Shown here piece by piece: positions 13,895 through 27,160 of a stretch of DNA of 64,000 nucleotides. A model generated the notes under the pieces. That model did not search any database, was not told the origin of the DNA, and saw nothing but the letters and a program-made list of their open reading frames with translations. Made by a program: the position numbers and the translations under genes. The stretch's first letter is position 1; each line of letters opens with the position of its first letter. This stretch comes from Octopus sinensis (taxonomy: Eukaryota), in NCBI RefSeq assembly GCF_006345805.1, contig NC_043008.1, positions 3,658,001 through 3,722,000 on the forward strand. The letters are read 5' to 3'.

Positions 13895-14108
13895 GGTTTC
13901 ATATTTTGGCACAAGGCCAGCAAATTCAGGAGGGGCTCTTAGTCGATTATACCACCCCCAATGTTTGACGGGTACGCATTTTATCGACCTCGAAAGAATG
14001 AAAGGTAAAGTTGATCTAGATGGAACTTTAACTCAGAACCTAGAAGGCGTACGAAATTCCCCTAAGCATTTATTCCGGCATACTAACCATTCTGCCAGCT
14101 CGCCGCCT
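13895..14108 (-). mobile_element. SINE family B (tail type 2)
   Basis: Reverse complement of the family B head (GGCGGCGAGCTGGCAGAATGGTTAG), core and CCTTGTGCC tail. Confidence 0.75.
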
Positions 14109-14995
14109 TTCCATAACAAAATATTGATATCGTACCAAGATACATTTCAAATTTGGGGAAAGGAATAGTCGATCATATCTACCGCATTGTAAGATAGGTA
14201 CTTTATCACATCAATTTCTGAAAGAATGAAATACAAGTTTGTTATTAGCGGGATTTGAACTCACGCTATAAAGAGGTACAACTCATATTGCGTCTACCAC
14301 CCACCTAGTTTCAAATCGATTCCCAGTTAGACGATTCTACTTCAATTTACTTCACGACTGACTGGCTGCAGAGAGATAATTCGGGTGAAGTCGATAACGA
14401 TGACATACTTAAACGAGACATGAAGCAGTGATAAAAATAGTGTTAATTAGAAGATAGAAGGGAGAAGAAAGACACACACACACACACACACACACTCCTA
14501 CCAACAACAACATGCGCGCACACACACGCACAACACATACAAAAAAAAAAGACAGAAAACAAAGGTAAGAACGATAAAAGCAGTAAATGGTTAAGTATTC
14601 TTGCAACAGATATGATGTAAGCAATCAGGATGATGAAGGAAAGTGACGAATGCATCAAAAGCGAAATAGTCAATAATGGTGGCAGACATCCGAAGTCAGG
14701 AATTATACTACTTTAGACGTAGGCAGGGCTGTGTGGTTAACAAGTTTACTTCGCAGCCCCGGAGTTTCGTGTTCGGCGCTAATGCACGGTACTATAGACA
14801 TGCATCATCTTCTTAATCTCCTTAATCATCGCACATTTTATCGCATTCAAAAAAATGAGGAGGTGTTTATTGTAAAAATGTTCAATGAATAATACACATA
14901 GATTATATTAGAGCTATGACCATGTCTACTTAAAAAAATAGCACGGAAATAGAAGCATGTTGAATATATATATGTATGTGTATATACATATATAT

Positions 14996-15042
<47 letters not shown>

Positions 15043-15277
15043 TTCATATATATACATACACACACAAATATATATGTATATATATACATGTACATATATA
15101 TATATATATATAAGTTCAGTAAAATTTAGATTCAGTTGAATATGGTACTTAAATTAAAGGCACCAGAATTTAGTATGGTATTATCCATAAAATTCGAAAT
15201 GTGTGATTACAATAAAAATAAGCAACAGCTGCATTACCTCTGGGTATCCTTGTTGCTTATTTTGATTATATATATAT

Positions 15278-15313
<36 letters not shown>

Positions 15314-15921
15314 ATGTATGAATGTGTGTATCCTTGTGTACATTAGCGAGAAAATCGGTAAACCGGTACTTTCGACTAAAAAACATCTTGTGGTGTTTGT
15401 TCTATTCGAGGGTAAACACGTTGAATAAACGAATCACTGAATGGCCTGTTGCAAACCTATTGGCAACAACGCTGTCGCTCACAAAATTTGCTTTAAAATT
15501 AAATAGATAAATAATGAAATAAATAGATTAACCACAATCGAAACCACAATCTTACGAAGGCGTAATGAATTTAGCAGTTATAATAATGGTTCGTTGCAAA
15601 GAATTATTTTAGCATTCGGATTTATTGATTCCTGCAGAGCTTTGATCTACGGTAATTAGTCTATGACTTACCCGTCTTTTTCCCGTTCTTGTCATATTAC
15701 ATTATCCAACATGTAGCATCTTTAGATCATGGGTTATCAAGCGAATCCGTTGTTTATGGGCAAACCGCAGCCCACGGGACTTTCTAAATGGCACGCCTAA
15801 CGAAACTTAAACTTGTGTTGTTTTTTCATTTAGTTTGAGGCCCACGTGATGATGGGCCATGTCTTCTCAAAAAAAGGTCGCCCATTGACTGCAGAGTTAA
15901 CCTTATTGGATGTTTATTTTA

Positions 15922-16128
15922 GGCGGCGAGCTGGCAGAAACGTTAGAACGCCGGGCGAAATGCTTAGCTGTCTTTACGTTCTGAGTTCAAATTCTGCCGA
16001 GATCGACTTTACCTTTCATCCTTTCGGGTTCGATAAATTAAGTACCAGTTGCATACTGGGGTCGATCTAATTGACTGTCCCCCTCCCCCAAAATTTCGGG
16101 CCTTGTGCCTAGAGTAGAAAAGATTATT
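15922..16128 (+). mobile_element. SINE family B (tail type 2)
   Basis: GGCGGCGAGCTGGCAGAAACGTTAG...GAGTTCAAATTC (B-box-like)...CCTTTCATCCTTTCGGGTTCGATAAATTAAGTACC core...GGGCCTTGTGCCTAGAGTAGAAAAG. Confidence 0.85.
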
Positions 16129-16242
16129 GCTGTTCTTCAGCCTGAGATAAGCCGACATAATAAGTCATTCAATAGCATTGCTACCGTAACCATTTTTCTA
16201 TTTTTAATATCAATGACTAGAGAGAGAGGGAAAGAGAGAGAA

Positions 16243-16275
<33 letters not shown>

Positions 16276-16970
16276 TAGACAGAGGGAAATAGAACGAAAT
16301 GCAAAACTAGGAATATTGTGCAATATGAATTAACATTGTAGAATGTAGTGATGAAGATCCGCCTGGTATTTCTAGCGAATTGAGAGAAAACGCAAAAGAG
16401 ACTCGCTCATTGGGCGTAAAGTTTTTTTTCCCATTTCTTTTCTTTTTTCTTTATTTTTACTCAACAGAAACTGCGTTGAAAATACAAGAGACACGAAAGA
16501 TTGTTTCAATAAATTAGCTAATCAACATACTGAATAAACAATATGTGTTGTGCCTGAGAGTAATTATGTCAGCCTGTTTGCCTGATTGCATGGCATACCT
16601 TGCCGGTTTTGCCTACTGAACAACCAGTCAGTCTCCTTAATCTTTCTGTCTGCCTAGATGTCAGTAAATAGACCTGCTATATCTGTCGAAATGACATCAA
16701 CTCCCAGTCCTCCGTGATAAAAGAGCTTACATGTCACTTAGACATCAAACAACATAAGTCCACACGCAGAGAAGAAATGGTTTCAACGATGTGTTCTTCT
16801 TTTGTGTGTCTATCTATCTATCTATCTATCTGTCTGTCTGTCTGTCTGTCTATCTGTCTGTCTATCTACATTTAAGTGTATTACAGCCTCCCCTTCTCTC
16901 TGTATATAAATATACTTGAGATATGTGTGTGCGTATACTCACACACATATACATATGTGTGTGTATGTAA

Positions 16971-17023
<53 letters not shown>

Positions 17024-17034
17024 GAGAGAGAGAG

Positions 17035-17648
17035 AGAGAAGAATACAGTGTACATTGTACAGAATACACTGTATTCTTCTCTGAATAATATAGAGTCTAT
17101 TGACTAATTTTTACCTTCTCGCTAAGAATTTTTCGATAAATATTCTTGCTACCCTAAGATTTTAATTAATGATAAAATGTTTTTTGGCAAATTTTGGAAG
17201 AAAATGGGCAATTTATTTATTTAGTGCTGGTTGAGTTCTGCATTTGTGCGGTGGATTCGAAGAATTAGAACCTCTAAACACGTGGCTGATTACTTATAGC
17301 TCCGTGTCTGTGTGTTCAGTCTTGGCAACCTACAGAAGATGCAGCGCCAGGTATAGACTGAAATTATCTTATTTCAATCTGTATTTAAGTCTGCAGAAAC
17401 CTTGCAGGGTCTAGGATTAAGGTAAAACTTTTTATTTTTCAATCACTTTCGGAATTACAACAATTAGTGGCTTGGAGTTTAACTGCTCTTTCTAGCCAGT
17501 CAGATATCCTATTCTTCGGGTTGCTTCAACGTACACTGTATTCTTCTTTGAATAATATATAGTCTATTGACTCATTTTTTCCTTCTCGCTAGACCACTGG
17601 TAACTAAGAATTTTTCTGATAAATATTCTTGCTACCCTAAACTTTTAA
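17035..17648. repeat. Element with ~100-115-bp direct terminal repeats plus a short inverted copy
   Basis: 17065-17165 is repeated at 17532-17648. 17035-17052 (AGAGAAGAATACAGTGTA) is a perfect inverted copy of 17065-17082. Confidence 0.75.
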
Positions 17649-18157
17649 TATATATATATATGCGCTTGTGTATGTATGTATATATATGCACTCATGTAAC
17701 TCCCCCACACACACCCACACACGCATGTACACCTGTTTATCCACATAATGCTAAGAAATGACCGACGAATACATTGTTCAGAGATTCATATTCTTATGTT
17801 AACAATCGGTGATTCACTCTTCTTCTTACTCAGAGTTTCACACAGACGTCAATTACCATTCATGATTATTCACATGTGTCCCTGATCCACACACAAGATT
17901 CACGTAATGTACCAATGAATCAGCAACTGTTTTCTATATGTATGCATGTGTGTGTGTATGTTTGTATGTATGTATGCATGTATGTATTTGTGTATGTGTG
18001 TGTATGTATATATTTATATACATATACATACATATATAGATACTTACACACACACACACGTATATATACAAACCAACGCACATATGTAAAGTGCGTACAC
18101 ATATGCACGCACTCACGTATGTATATGTGTGTGTGTGTATGTACAGACAGACAGACA

Positions 18158-18315
18158 TACGAGGGGTGCAACAAAGTTCCTCGATTTGGATTTTTAAAAT
18201 ATACTGGAGATAAAAATATATATATACTGCAACGGTCCTTCAAATTTTCTAAGTTCTGTGAACGAACACGGAATGTTGAACCTCCAGTCAGGCTTTTAAC
18301 GACACACTCCCCGTG

Positions 18316-18316
<1 letters not shown>
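18158..18316. mobile_element. Possible degraded mariner-type MITE
   Basis: Starts TACGAGGGG...AAAGTTCC (typical mariner terminus) and ends GGCTTTT...CTCCCCGTG. The TIR match is poor. Confidence 0.3.
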
Positions 18317-18362
<46 letters not shown>

Positions 18363-19079
18363 CATGTTTACCTGTAAAAGTGCGTTGTCCTGTCGCTGAA
18401 ATTGACAAATATTTCGTTGACGCATTGTGGATATTATCTTATCTTAGTATATTAATTTTAGCAAAGAAGCTTTGCGGATTATCAAAACTTCTTGTTTCTG
18501 AGCGTGATACATAGAAATACAAAGTCAGCGCATAGCGGCTGACATGAGAAAAATAAGTCAGGTAATACGTAACAATAGCTACGCCCGTTCTGTTCTATAT
18601 TTGTAGTGTTCCGAGCTAGAGAGAGACGACTTTATAGCAGTCAATAAGTTATCCCACCTTGCGCTCGTCCTCAGTTTTCATCAGACATTGTTAAAAGGCA
18701 GTTCATTTCCGAGTGATGCCTTAAATACTCGGTCGTGTGCAGCTCCACACACACACACCACACACACACACACACACACCACACACACACTCACACACAC
18801 GTTAATGTTTGTTCAATCAGTTATGATAAAAACAATTTTACATTCATCTGTTGGGTTGTTCCGTATTTCTGTAGAGCACAGATTTATTATTCTTCTACAA
18901 GAATGTTGTTGACAGTGACATTGAAGTTTTCGCCCCAGCTAACCCATCGTCGGGCTGCGATGCATTAGATTTAGTCTTCTTACCTTTACCACCTCACTCC
19001 AGCCCACCCCCACACACACAAAGATAATTCTTCACTCTACAGAGACTATATAAAAGAAAGACTAACTCTAATGCCTTGC

Positions 19080-19120
19080 AGTCTGACGATGGCTTAACTG
19101 GTCGAAACCTCGAATTCACT
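19080..19120 (+). ncRNA. Minimal hammerhead-like motif, same family as 39676
   Basis: AGU-CUGACGA-u-GGCU(uaacu)GGUC-GAAA-ccucgaauUC-ACU. Stem III is degenerate. Confidence 0.45.
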
Positions 19121-19300
19121 ATCAACAATATATACATATATATGCATATGTATGTTTGTATATATATATACATGTATACACACACACACACACATACACA
19201 TATATATATAATCATATCAAAGGGAAGTGGAAATTAATAGGAATTATCACTTCCAGTGGCCTAACGTGTAAACATTTAGTCCAAAGACTATGTATTAGTC

Positions 19301-19446
19301 ATAAAATACAGTGTACATTTAAACACATAAGGAATGCTGTCGAATGTTATCCCTAATTTTGTGGTTATAGAACCTAGCTGTTCTTTCCAGCGTGTTGAAT
19401 CCCATGAGTGGATTCCTTGTGTGTTTAAATGTACACTGTAGTTTAT
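19301..19446. mobile_element. Short inverted-repeat element (MITE-like)
   Basis: 35-bp arms 19301-19335 / 19412-19446 with 2 mismatches. Contains TA|CAGTG, a Tc1-like terminus. Confidence 0.65.
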
Positions 19447-19531
19447 ATATATTTATATGTAGATGAAAAGAAAGAATAGAAATGGCTTTTTCTGATAATT
19501 TTTCCACTTCAATAATTAGATGTTTATAAGT

Positions 19532-19623
<92 letters not shown>

Positions 19624-20072
19624 TATACGCGTGTGTATATGATATATGTACACATAAGTATATGCATTCATACATGCATACACTCGCGTAGGAAGCATAC
19701 TTTACTGCAAAAGCAGTACTTACAGCTGGCGAACTAGCTTAGTTGCAATATACTCTCTGCAGAATAACGGAAAATTAAACATACATGTACACACACGTGC
19801 ACAAGCACGCACTCAGTGAATACATAGATCAAGAAAGAAAGTCAGAGGTAGATAAATATATCATGATACCGTGATACGTGAGAGAAATATGCTGATCCGT
19901 AAAAATAGTATTTAAAATGTAGAGAAGGTTATGAACGAATATAAAAGTTGATAAAATCAGATTAATGTTTGGTGACGATATGAAACATCGAAATCTGACA
20001 GTCTTTTAATCTAATCTTCTGTGTAGGTCTCTGTATCTGTACGTATTTAAATAAGTATGTATACATCTATAC

Positions 20073-20326
20073 GTGGAGGCGCGTGGCTTAGTGGTTAGGC
20101 TGGCAGCATCATGATCGTAAGATTGTGGTTTCGATTCCTAGACAGGGCGACGCGTTGTGTTCTTGAGCAAAACACTTCATTTCACGTTGCTCCAGTCCAC
20201 TTCATTTCACGTTGCTGCGATGGACTGGCGTCCCATCCAGCTGGGGAACACATACGCCATTGAAACCGGGAAACTGGGCCCATGAGCCTGGCCAGGCTTT
20301 AAAAGGGCGCATTTATATTTATTTAA
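20073..20326 (+). mobile_element. tRNA-derived SINE family D
   Basis: Head GTGGAGGCGCGTGGCTTAGTGGTTAGG...GGTTTCGATTCC; CORE-like GTTGTGTTCTTGAGCAAAACACTT; V-like CTGCGATGGACTGGCGTCCCATCCAG (domain names from memory). 11-bp TSD ATACATCTATA at 20061-20071 / 20327-20337. Confidence 0.8.
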
Positions 20327-21841
20327 ATACATCTATATCAATATTTGTGTCTATATCTATCTGTCTGTCTGTCTCTTTATGCGCGCGTGTCTAAGTGTGC
20401 ATGTATGTAAACTTGCATGCATATGTGCATAGATAATACAGACATGTCTATGTCTTTCTGTGAGTGGGTGTGTGCATGTACGTATGCCTGCATGTATACG
20501 TATATACATATTGACGTGTGTGTGTGTGTGTTTATTGAAAGGTCTAATAAGCATGAAGGAACAGTGGACCTGTCATGTGTTCTAATAGACTTGTAAAGAA
20601 CCGTAAGTTTGGTGTTCAATTTCAGTATATGTATGCAGCAGTAAGGGAACTTCATAGAGTTGGTGTTACGAAGAAAGCAAATAAGTCTCTATGATTAGCG
20701 CAGAGCACAGAGGATAAGAAGGAAATGAAATGAGATGGTCGACGAAGGCGGCGTGCTGGCAGAAACGTTAGCACGCCGGACGAAATTCTTAAAAACGCGG
20801 TGAGCTGGTAGAATCGTTAGCAGACTGGACGAAATGCTGCAACGCATTTCGTTCACTTCCACGTTCTGAAATGAGATGGTCGTGGCAAACGGAATTTGGA
20901 GGGAGAGGACGAAGTGACTGTTTAGCCTGACAACAGATCAGAGTGACGAGATTCCACTCGCGGTTTAGACTGTGCATTGTGTTTGTGATTTTGTATTAAC
21001 GGGTGAGTCTTTGTCAATGAGTCTGATGGTTTTCTTTTTGATGTCATTTAGGAAGTTTGTATAGAGTTTTACAGAACTGTCGAGCTTACTTCAACTTTGT
21101 AGGGCATCAGTAGTCATTCGAATATTTTCTGACACTACGATATCACATAGTCATAGTAACTATGATTATGATATCATAAGAAATGATCGTAAGAATTAAT
21201 GGTGTCTATCGCTTTTATAGACATTTAGAGTTTTGATTACATATTGTCTAAAGTTAGGAAGTTTGATGTACAAGATACTTTCTTCATATACGTATTGTCT
21301 CTCTCTCTCTCTCTCTTTATAGTTTTGAGTGAAACCATTTTCTCATTCCTCTACATGCATGTGTAGGTTTTATATACACAAATCACTATCTCTTTGAACA
21401 CACTATCTATTATATTAGTTCCAACAGGGTCTACACAAGAAAGTTCAATCACTAATTCTGTCAGGGCCTGTGGTTATCTATCAAGGAACTGCCATCGCGC
21501 AGCCGTGTCCGAAAGTTATTTTTCTTGTTCGGCCAATCCAAATCTTTCTCCAAAGTACATAGGCCTAATAATACCGGATTTAGGATAAATCAAGGCCCTG
21601 TGCTAGTTACGTTATGAGGTCCCTTACTTGGACAGTTAGGCATAGATGCTCAGCAAATTCATCGTATTATGTTTTGGGAGCAGGTAGATCCACCCCCACC
21701 TGGTCAACGGGGCCTGCGCTTCAGTAGACCTAAGCACAATGGTAAATCCAGTACTAGAGTCTAAACAGAAAACTTGTATCAGTCTGTTGACAATATTCTA
21801 ATCTGGATTACAGAGTTGTAGCAATCAAGAAGAATCATATA

Positions 21842-21890
<49 letters not shown>

Positions 21891-22068
21891 TTATGTATTT
21901 ATGCATGTATGTATGTAAGTATGTGTGTATGTATGGTAAGTTTGGTGTTCAATTTCAGTATATGTATGCAGAAGTAAAGGAACTTCATTCCATATGCATG
22001 GAAACTTTTATAGATATACGTGTCAACATATTCGCAAACACGCATATACGCACACACACATAAAATAA

Positions 22069-22182
<114 letters not shown>

Positions 22183-22726
22183 TAGTCCCCGGAATAAAAT
22201 CTAGACCATACACGCATTATGTAGTTGACCTAGCACTAGGTTATTGGTCGCCGTCATATTGTCTAAAATGCACACCGCAATGGGTTGTTGTCGAGAAGAC
22301 ATTTACTTCACCATTTTTTATTCATCTACTTGAGTGTGTGTGTGTGTGAGTGTGTGTGTGTATGTGTAAGTACGTAAGTAAGTAAGTATTCGTGTGCATA
22401 CCGACCACATAAACGTCCTGGCAGACATTGAAATCCACCGAAGTACTGCATGCATGATGAGTTCTTGTCTTGTCGCTTTGTTGAACAGAGTTCAAATTTT
22501 TATGTGGACAAAAAAAAAATCCCAAAAAAACAAATAAATAAAAATAAAAATAAAAAAGGAAAAAAGGAAAGCAGGAAAGAAAGAAAGCACACTAACCCAG
22601 AGGAAAGTATTATGGTGTGATGTGAGATTAGGCAAAGAATTCATTCAGGAAAGTATTCTGAACTTATCGTTCACGGTGCTATGGACCATTATCCACAGAC
22701 ACGCAGACGACCAAATGCACAGGATC

Positions 22727-22758
<32 letters not shown>

Positions 22759-23014
22759 ATATAAATGTGTTCTGCATGTGTCTGAGTTTGTATGTACACA
22801 CTACACACACACACAAGCACACACACACACATATTTATATATCACACCAACAGAATTCTGTAGTGAAGTTTATAGATGCAGAAAAATAGGTCCGCCACAG
22901 TCAAAGGAATATCCTGGCACTTCAGGACTCTTCCTTTCTATAAGAGAGAAAAAAAAAATGTTCATAAAAATTTGATCTGTGAATCTCATATGCTTGAATA
23001 AAAAATTTCGTTTC

Positions 23015-23218
23015 TGACGAGATGGCTGAATCGTTAGCACGCCGGAAAAAATGCTTAGCGGCATTTCGTCCGTTTTTAGGTTCTGAGTTCAAATTCAGCC
23101 GAGATCGACTTCGCTTTTCATCCTTTCGGATCGATAAATTAAGTAACGGTAATGGGGTCGATGTGATTGATTACCCCCGCCCCCAAAGTTTCAGGCCTTG
23201 TGCCTACAGCCGAAAGGG
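23015..23218 (+). mobile_element. SINE family B (tail type 2)
   Basis: CGTTAGCACGCCGG...TTCTGAGTTCAAATTC...TTTTCATCCTTTCGGATCGATAAATTAAG...GGCCTTGTGCCT. Confidence 0.8.
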
Positions 23219-23794
23219 TTAATCTCAACTACCATTCTCATTTAAAATATACCTTTAATTGACACTTATACTTTGTCCCTTTGATACTCCAATTCCCCGC
23301 GAGATAAATTTTACCGTTCATCCTCACCCAGGGTCGATTAAGTAGATCTCAGTCGAGTCTTGTAACTGGTTGAATTGACTAGTTTCTTCTCCATATTCTT
23401 GTTTTCAAGTTTGTTAGAACTCAGTGCTAAGGAATTTACGACAGCGGAGGGCAGATGCATTGTGGTAGTTCATTGCGTACCTTCGGGTTCTGGTTTCTGT
23501 TTGTAGTCCATAGAATAATGTAGCAGTTTGGTATTTAGGTCGATTTAGCGAACAACACCTTTCTCTAAAATTTGCGACCTAATACTATGTTAAGAATCAG
23601 TAACTGTTAGAGATCGGAATATTAAGTACTTGTGATGGCAGTGATGAAGGGGGGGGGGTAGACGGGCGATTTTGTGAAATGTATGTTCTATCAGCACAGG
23701 TTTGTATGTAAGCACGAATGCATGTGTATGTACGTATGCATGTACGTATACCGTTGTGTATGAGTGTGTGTGTGTTGTGTGTGTGTGTGTTGTG

Positions 23795-23825
<31 letters not shown>

Positions 23826-24132
23826 TGTGTGTGTGCACTAGAGCACGCGCACACAGCTGGAAGTCGAAGACTGAAAAGAAGTTATGAAGCATGAATAACT
23901 GAATGCACTGTCAGTTCAACTTATCTACTCGACACTACATTAAGAAAGAGAGAGAGAGAGAGAGGTGATAAAGAGGGGGGAGGGAGAAAGAAAGAGAGAG
24001 TGAGAGAAAGTTAAAGAATGTGTGTGTTGTCAGTCAGTCAGTCAAACAGACCAAAAACGACAATGATGCTTCTTTTTAAATCCCTTAGAAATTTACGTGC
24101 CACAAATTCGTGATAAATACAAGGAGCTAATA

Positions 24133-24351
24133 GACGGTGAGCTGGCAGAAACGTTAGCACGCCGGGCGAAATGCTTTGCGGTATTTCGTCTGTCTTTACG
24201 ATCTTAGTTCAAATTCCGCCGAGGTTGACTTTGCCTTTCAGCCCTTCGGAGTCGATAAATTAAGTACCAGTTGCGTACTGAGGTCGATCTAATCGACTGG
24301 CCCCGCTCCACAAAAATTTCGAGTAGAAAAAAAAAGTAAAGGAAAATATAT
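24133..24351 (+). mobile_element. SINE family B with TSD
   Basis: Full head and core. 12-bp TSD AAGGAGCTAATA at 24121-24132 and 24352-24363. Confidence 0.85.
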
Positions 24352-24477
24352 AAGGAGCTAATAACGGTGAATCTATGACTTGCTGTGCTAGCAACCAAAT
24401 TTCCTCCAAATCCCTCTGTTTTTACCAATGAATTGTTGGCGGTAATAAGAGACAAAGGTACACTTTCGTGTGTGTGT

Positions 24478-24497
24478 GTATATATATATATATATAT

Positions 24498-24529
<32 letters not shown>

Positions 24530-24621
24530 ATATATATATACATACATATATATATTATATATATATATATAGATAGATAGATAGATAGATAGAAGATAGA
24601 TAGATAGATAGATAGATAGAC

Positions 24622-24677
<56 letters not shown>

Positions 24678-24690
24678 TGATTGATTGATT
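24478..24690. repeat. (TA)n(TAGA)n microsatellite
   Basis: Direct reading. Confidence 0.95.
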
Positions 24691-24809
24691 GCCCGATCAC
24701 GCCTAGATTACTGTTGCCCACTGTAGTCTCCCCACACGAAGCAGCTGTTCCTAGCAGACTGAGCGACTACATGGAGACTTTCCTGTTGACTACAGTCTCT
24801 GATAGAGTT

Positions 24810-25000
24810 CATGCTAATTGATTTAGTTCTAAATCAATCCTGATTGAGAAGACTTATGATCAAATGGCATTTTAACCTATAACCATCTCCTTTGTTCAAA
24901 TATAATACATCTAGTAATATATCATCCAGTGTGAACCACTTTTTGTAGGCCGCAGAATATGATTGAAACGGTTGTTTGCTTACTTTTTAGCCGGTCTTGT
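24810..25000 (+). repeat. Old dispersed repeat, family E
   Basis: CCTGATTGAGAAGACTTATGATCAAA.GGCATT...ACCATC...ATCCAGTGTG motif recurs at ~3600, 10560, 16130, 47800, 47930, 50822 and 56100 (+), and at ~70-470, 26780, 26980, 41870, 46750 and 55175 (-). Confidence 0.65.
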
Positions 25001-26779
25001 GGGGCCATGCTGGTTTGACTCTAACATAGCTAATACCAGAGAGTTAAGGGAATTCAAGAAGACACCGAGCAACAGTACTGCAGTGACTAACCTATATACA
25101 AAACAAAGAATGCAAATGTACTCATATGAGTACGTTTTATAAGAATACATGCTTCTGTGGAGGCGTGCTGATGATGGGGCTGATTGCCGCGATGGCGCTG
25201 TGTGTCAATGAATTTATGCATAGTGATAAAATGCGGGAGCGAAGCCTGCTGTGTTCACATTATAATTAGGTAAACCTGCTCATCGTTTTACAAAATAAAC
25301 GTCGCTTGGGTTTAAATAACTCTAAATGCTTTCCCACCAGCCAGGTATATGCTTCTTACCCTCATACACGAGTATGTGGTTATATGAATATATGGGTGTG
25401 TGTGCATGCACGTGTTTGCGTGTATATGTTTCCATAAGTACATATGAAAGAACAAACATATAAGATCTAAACCTCATCACACGCACCCCACCACACAAAC
25501 ACACACGTGTATGTAGGTGTGAGATTAGGGTGGGTGTAAGTGTGTATGTGTACTGCCGTATGAAGCATAAAATTGTACGTCGAAGGAAAACACCTTCTGA
25601 TAATTTTAAAACCCTCGGGTGCTTCTCTTTCCGAACCAGTTCATTTTGCCTGTCGTCCCCTTCCAAGATTGTTTAAAGAAGAATTATACAAAACAGAGTT
25701 GATACGTTCGGCATAGATCTGTTGAAGTTAGCGCCCTCACCATAACCACAATACAATGACTGAAATGTGCAAAATATCGGAAAAATATAAATGAATTCAA
25801 CTTTTCATCATTCTTCATCCGAATAAAAGGCACTGCCGCGAAACGTAAGAATTCGCCCTCTGTTTTGTCACGGCACACATGCTTTTTCGATAATTCGTCC
25901 TTGTTAGAAGTTTGGAGAAAAGGTTGGGTACTTTTTTATTTTTCCAGTAATCAACTGTTATCTTTAAAAAGTCAGAATTTCTGTTGGCTTTTTTTTTTTT
26001 AGCCTCCATCCCAATTAGTATGAAGGGTAAGGGAGGCTCAGTTTCTTCAAACCCTTCATATCATCCTAGATTGTTGAAATCCTTCCCGTTGTTTAACTTC
26101 AAATTGTGCAAATGTAAATCTTGGAATAGGAACGGGGTTCCAGAATATTTTTGGTTTGATGAGCAAGATTGAGAAAGTATTAAATTCGAGTGTTTGGAAA
26201 AACTCCCTTATTAGGCGTGGTTATACAGGTTAGAAGATTGCTTCCCAAACTTGCACCACATTGAACTCCTTTACCAATAAAATCCAGTGTCTTTCCTAAC
26301 AAGTAAGCTAACAGTTACTTTATAATAGAGCAGAATGCCAAACTTTTGGTGATTCGAAGTTTATTTTCGAATTTGTGAGTCGACGAAGGAGCTTCTACAA
26401 ATTTAGACAGCGGACTGAACGAACGAAGAAAACCTATACATGATCACACAGCCTGCTAGAAATAACAACTAAATTTCCTTCAATCCGCATAAATATTGCT
26501 GTAGCGTAGTCGCAAAGGTCCTCAGCGCCTAGTGATAAAGTCATTTTTTGGCGCCCGTTTCCTCCTCTGAAATGTTTCAATTGTTACTATTAATACTCAC
26601 CCCACGTACATTACGAATTAATCACCGCCCTCCACAGGTCAAAAATAAATTTACAACGTAACATTTCACAATATTACGACTGAAAAACCTGTTAGTAATA
26701 AAAATATTTTACGCCCCATCACTCCTGCGTTGCAGGGGTAATAAACCCGCCTCCCTCTCTCACCCCCACCCTTGCTTTA

Positions 26780-27160
26780 TCCCAGTACTATCGTCTTGAA
26801 AAACGAAGCACATGAGATTCATTACATTGATAGGAACAAAACAAAACCAAAAAAATGAAGATGGGGTGGTTACGGCTGGAAGGCACTGACGGTAGGTCTG
26901 CTCAATCTGTGTTGACCTACTTGTAGGTCAACCTAAGAAGAACAACAATCACAACAGCAACAACACAAGGGTACGTCTAAGCAGCCAAATTTCCTCCAGG
27001 TCAACCCCCTGCTGTCTTTAAACAGGAAACTACGCATCAGATAGACTTCTATACATTATATTTGAATGGAAAAAAAATTAAAGGAGTTAGTAGCGGCTGG
27101 GCCACTTTTTGATCATGGTTCTGTTCTGATCAGGGCTGACCCGGGACACTAAACCATAAC
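26780..27160 (-). repeat. Two tandem family E copies
   Basis: Each ends in ...GATGG/TAG..GT..CGGCTGG...GGTCTG.TC.ATC...TGACC followed by (AAC)n. Confidence 0.55.

Noticed and set aside
25118-25133. 16-bp palindrome GTACTCATATGAGTAC
   Set aside because: Isolated; about one such palindrome is expected by chance in AT-rich DNA of this length.
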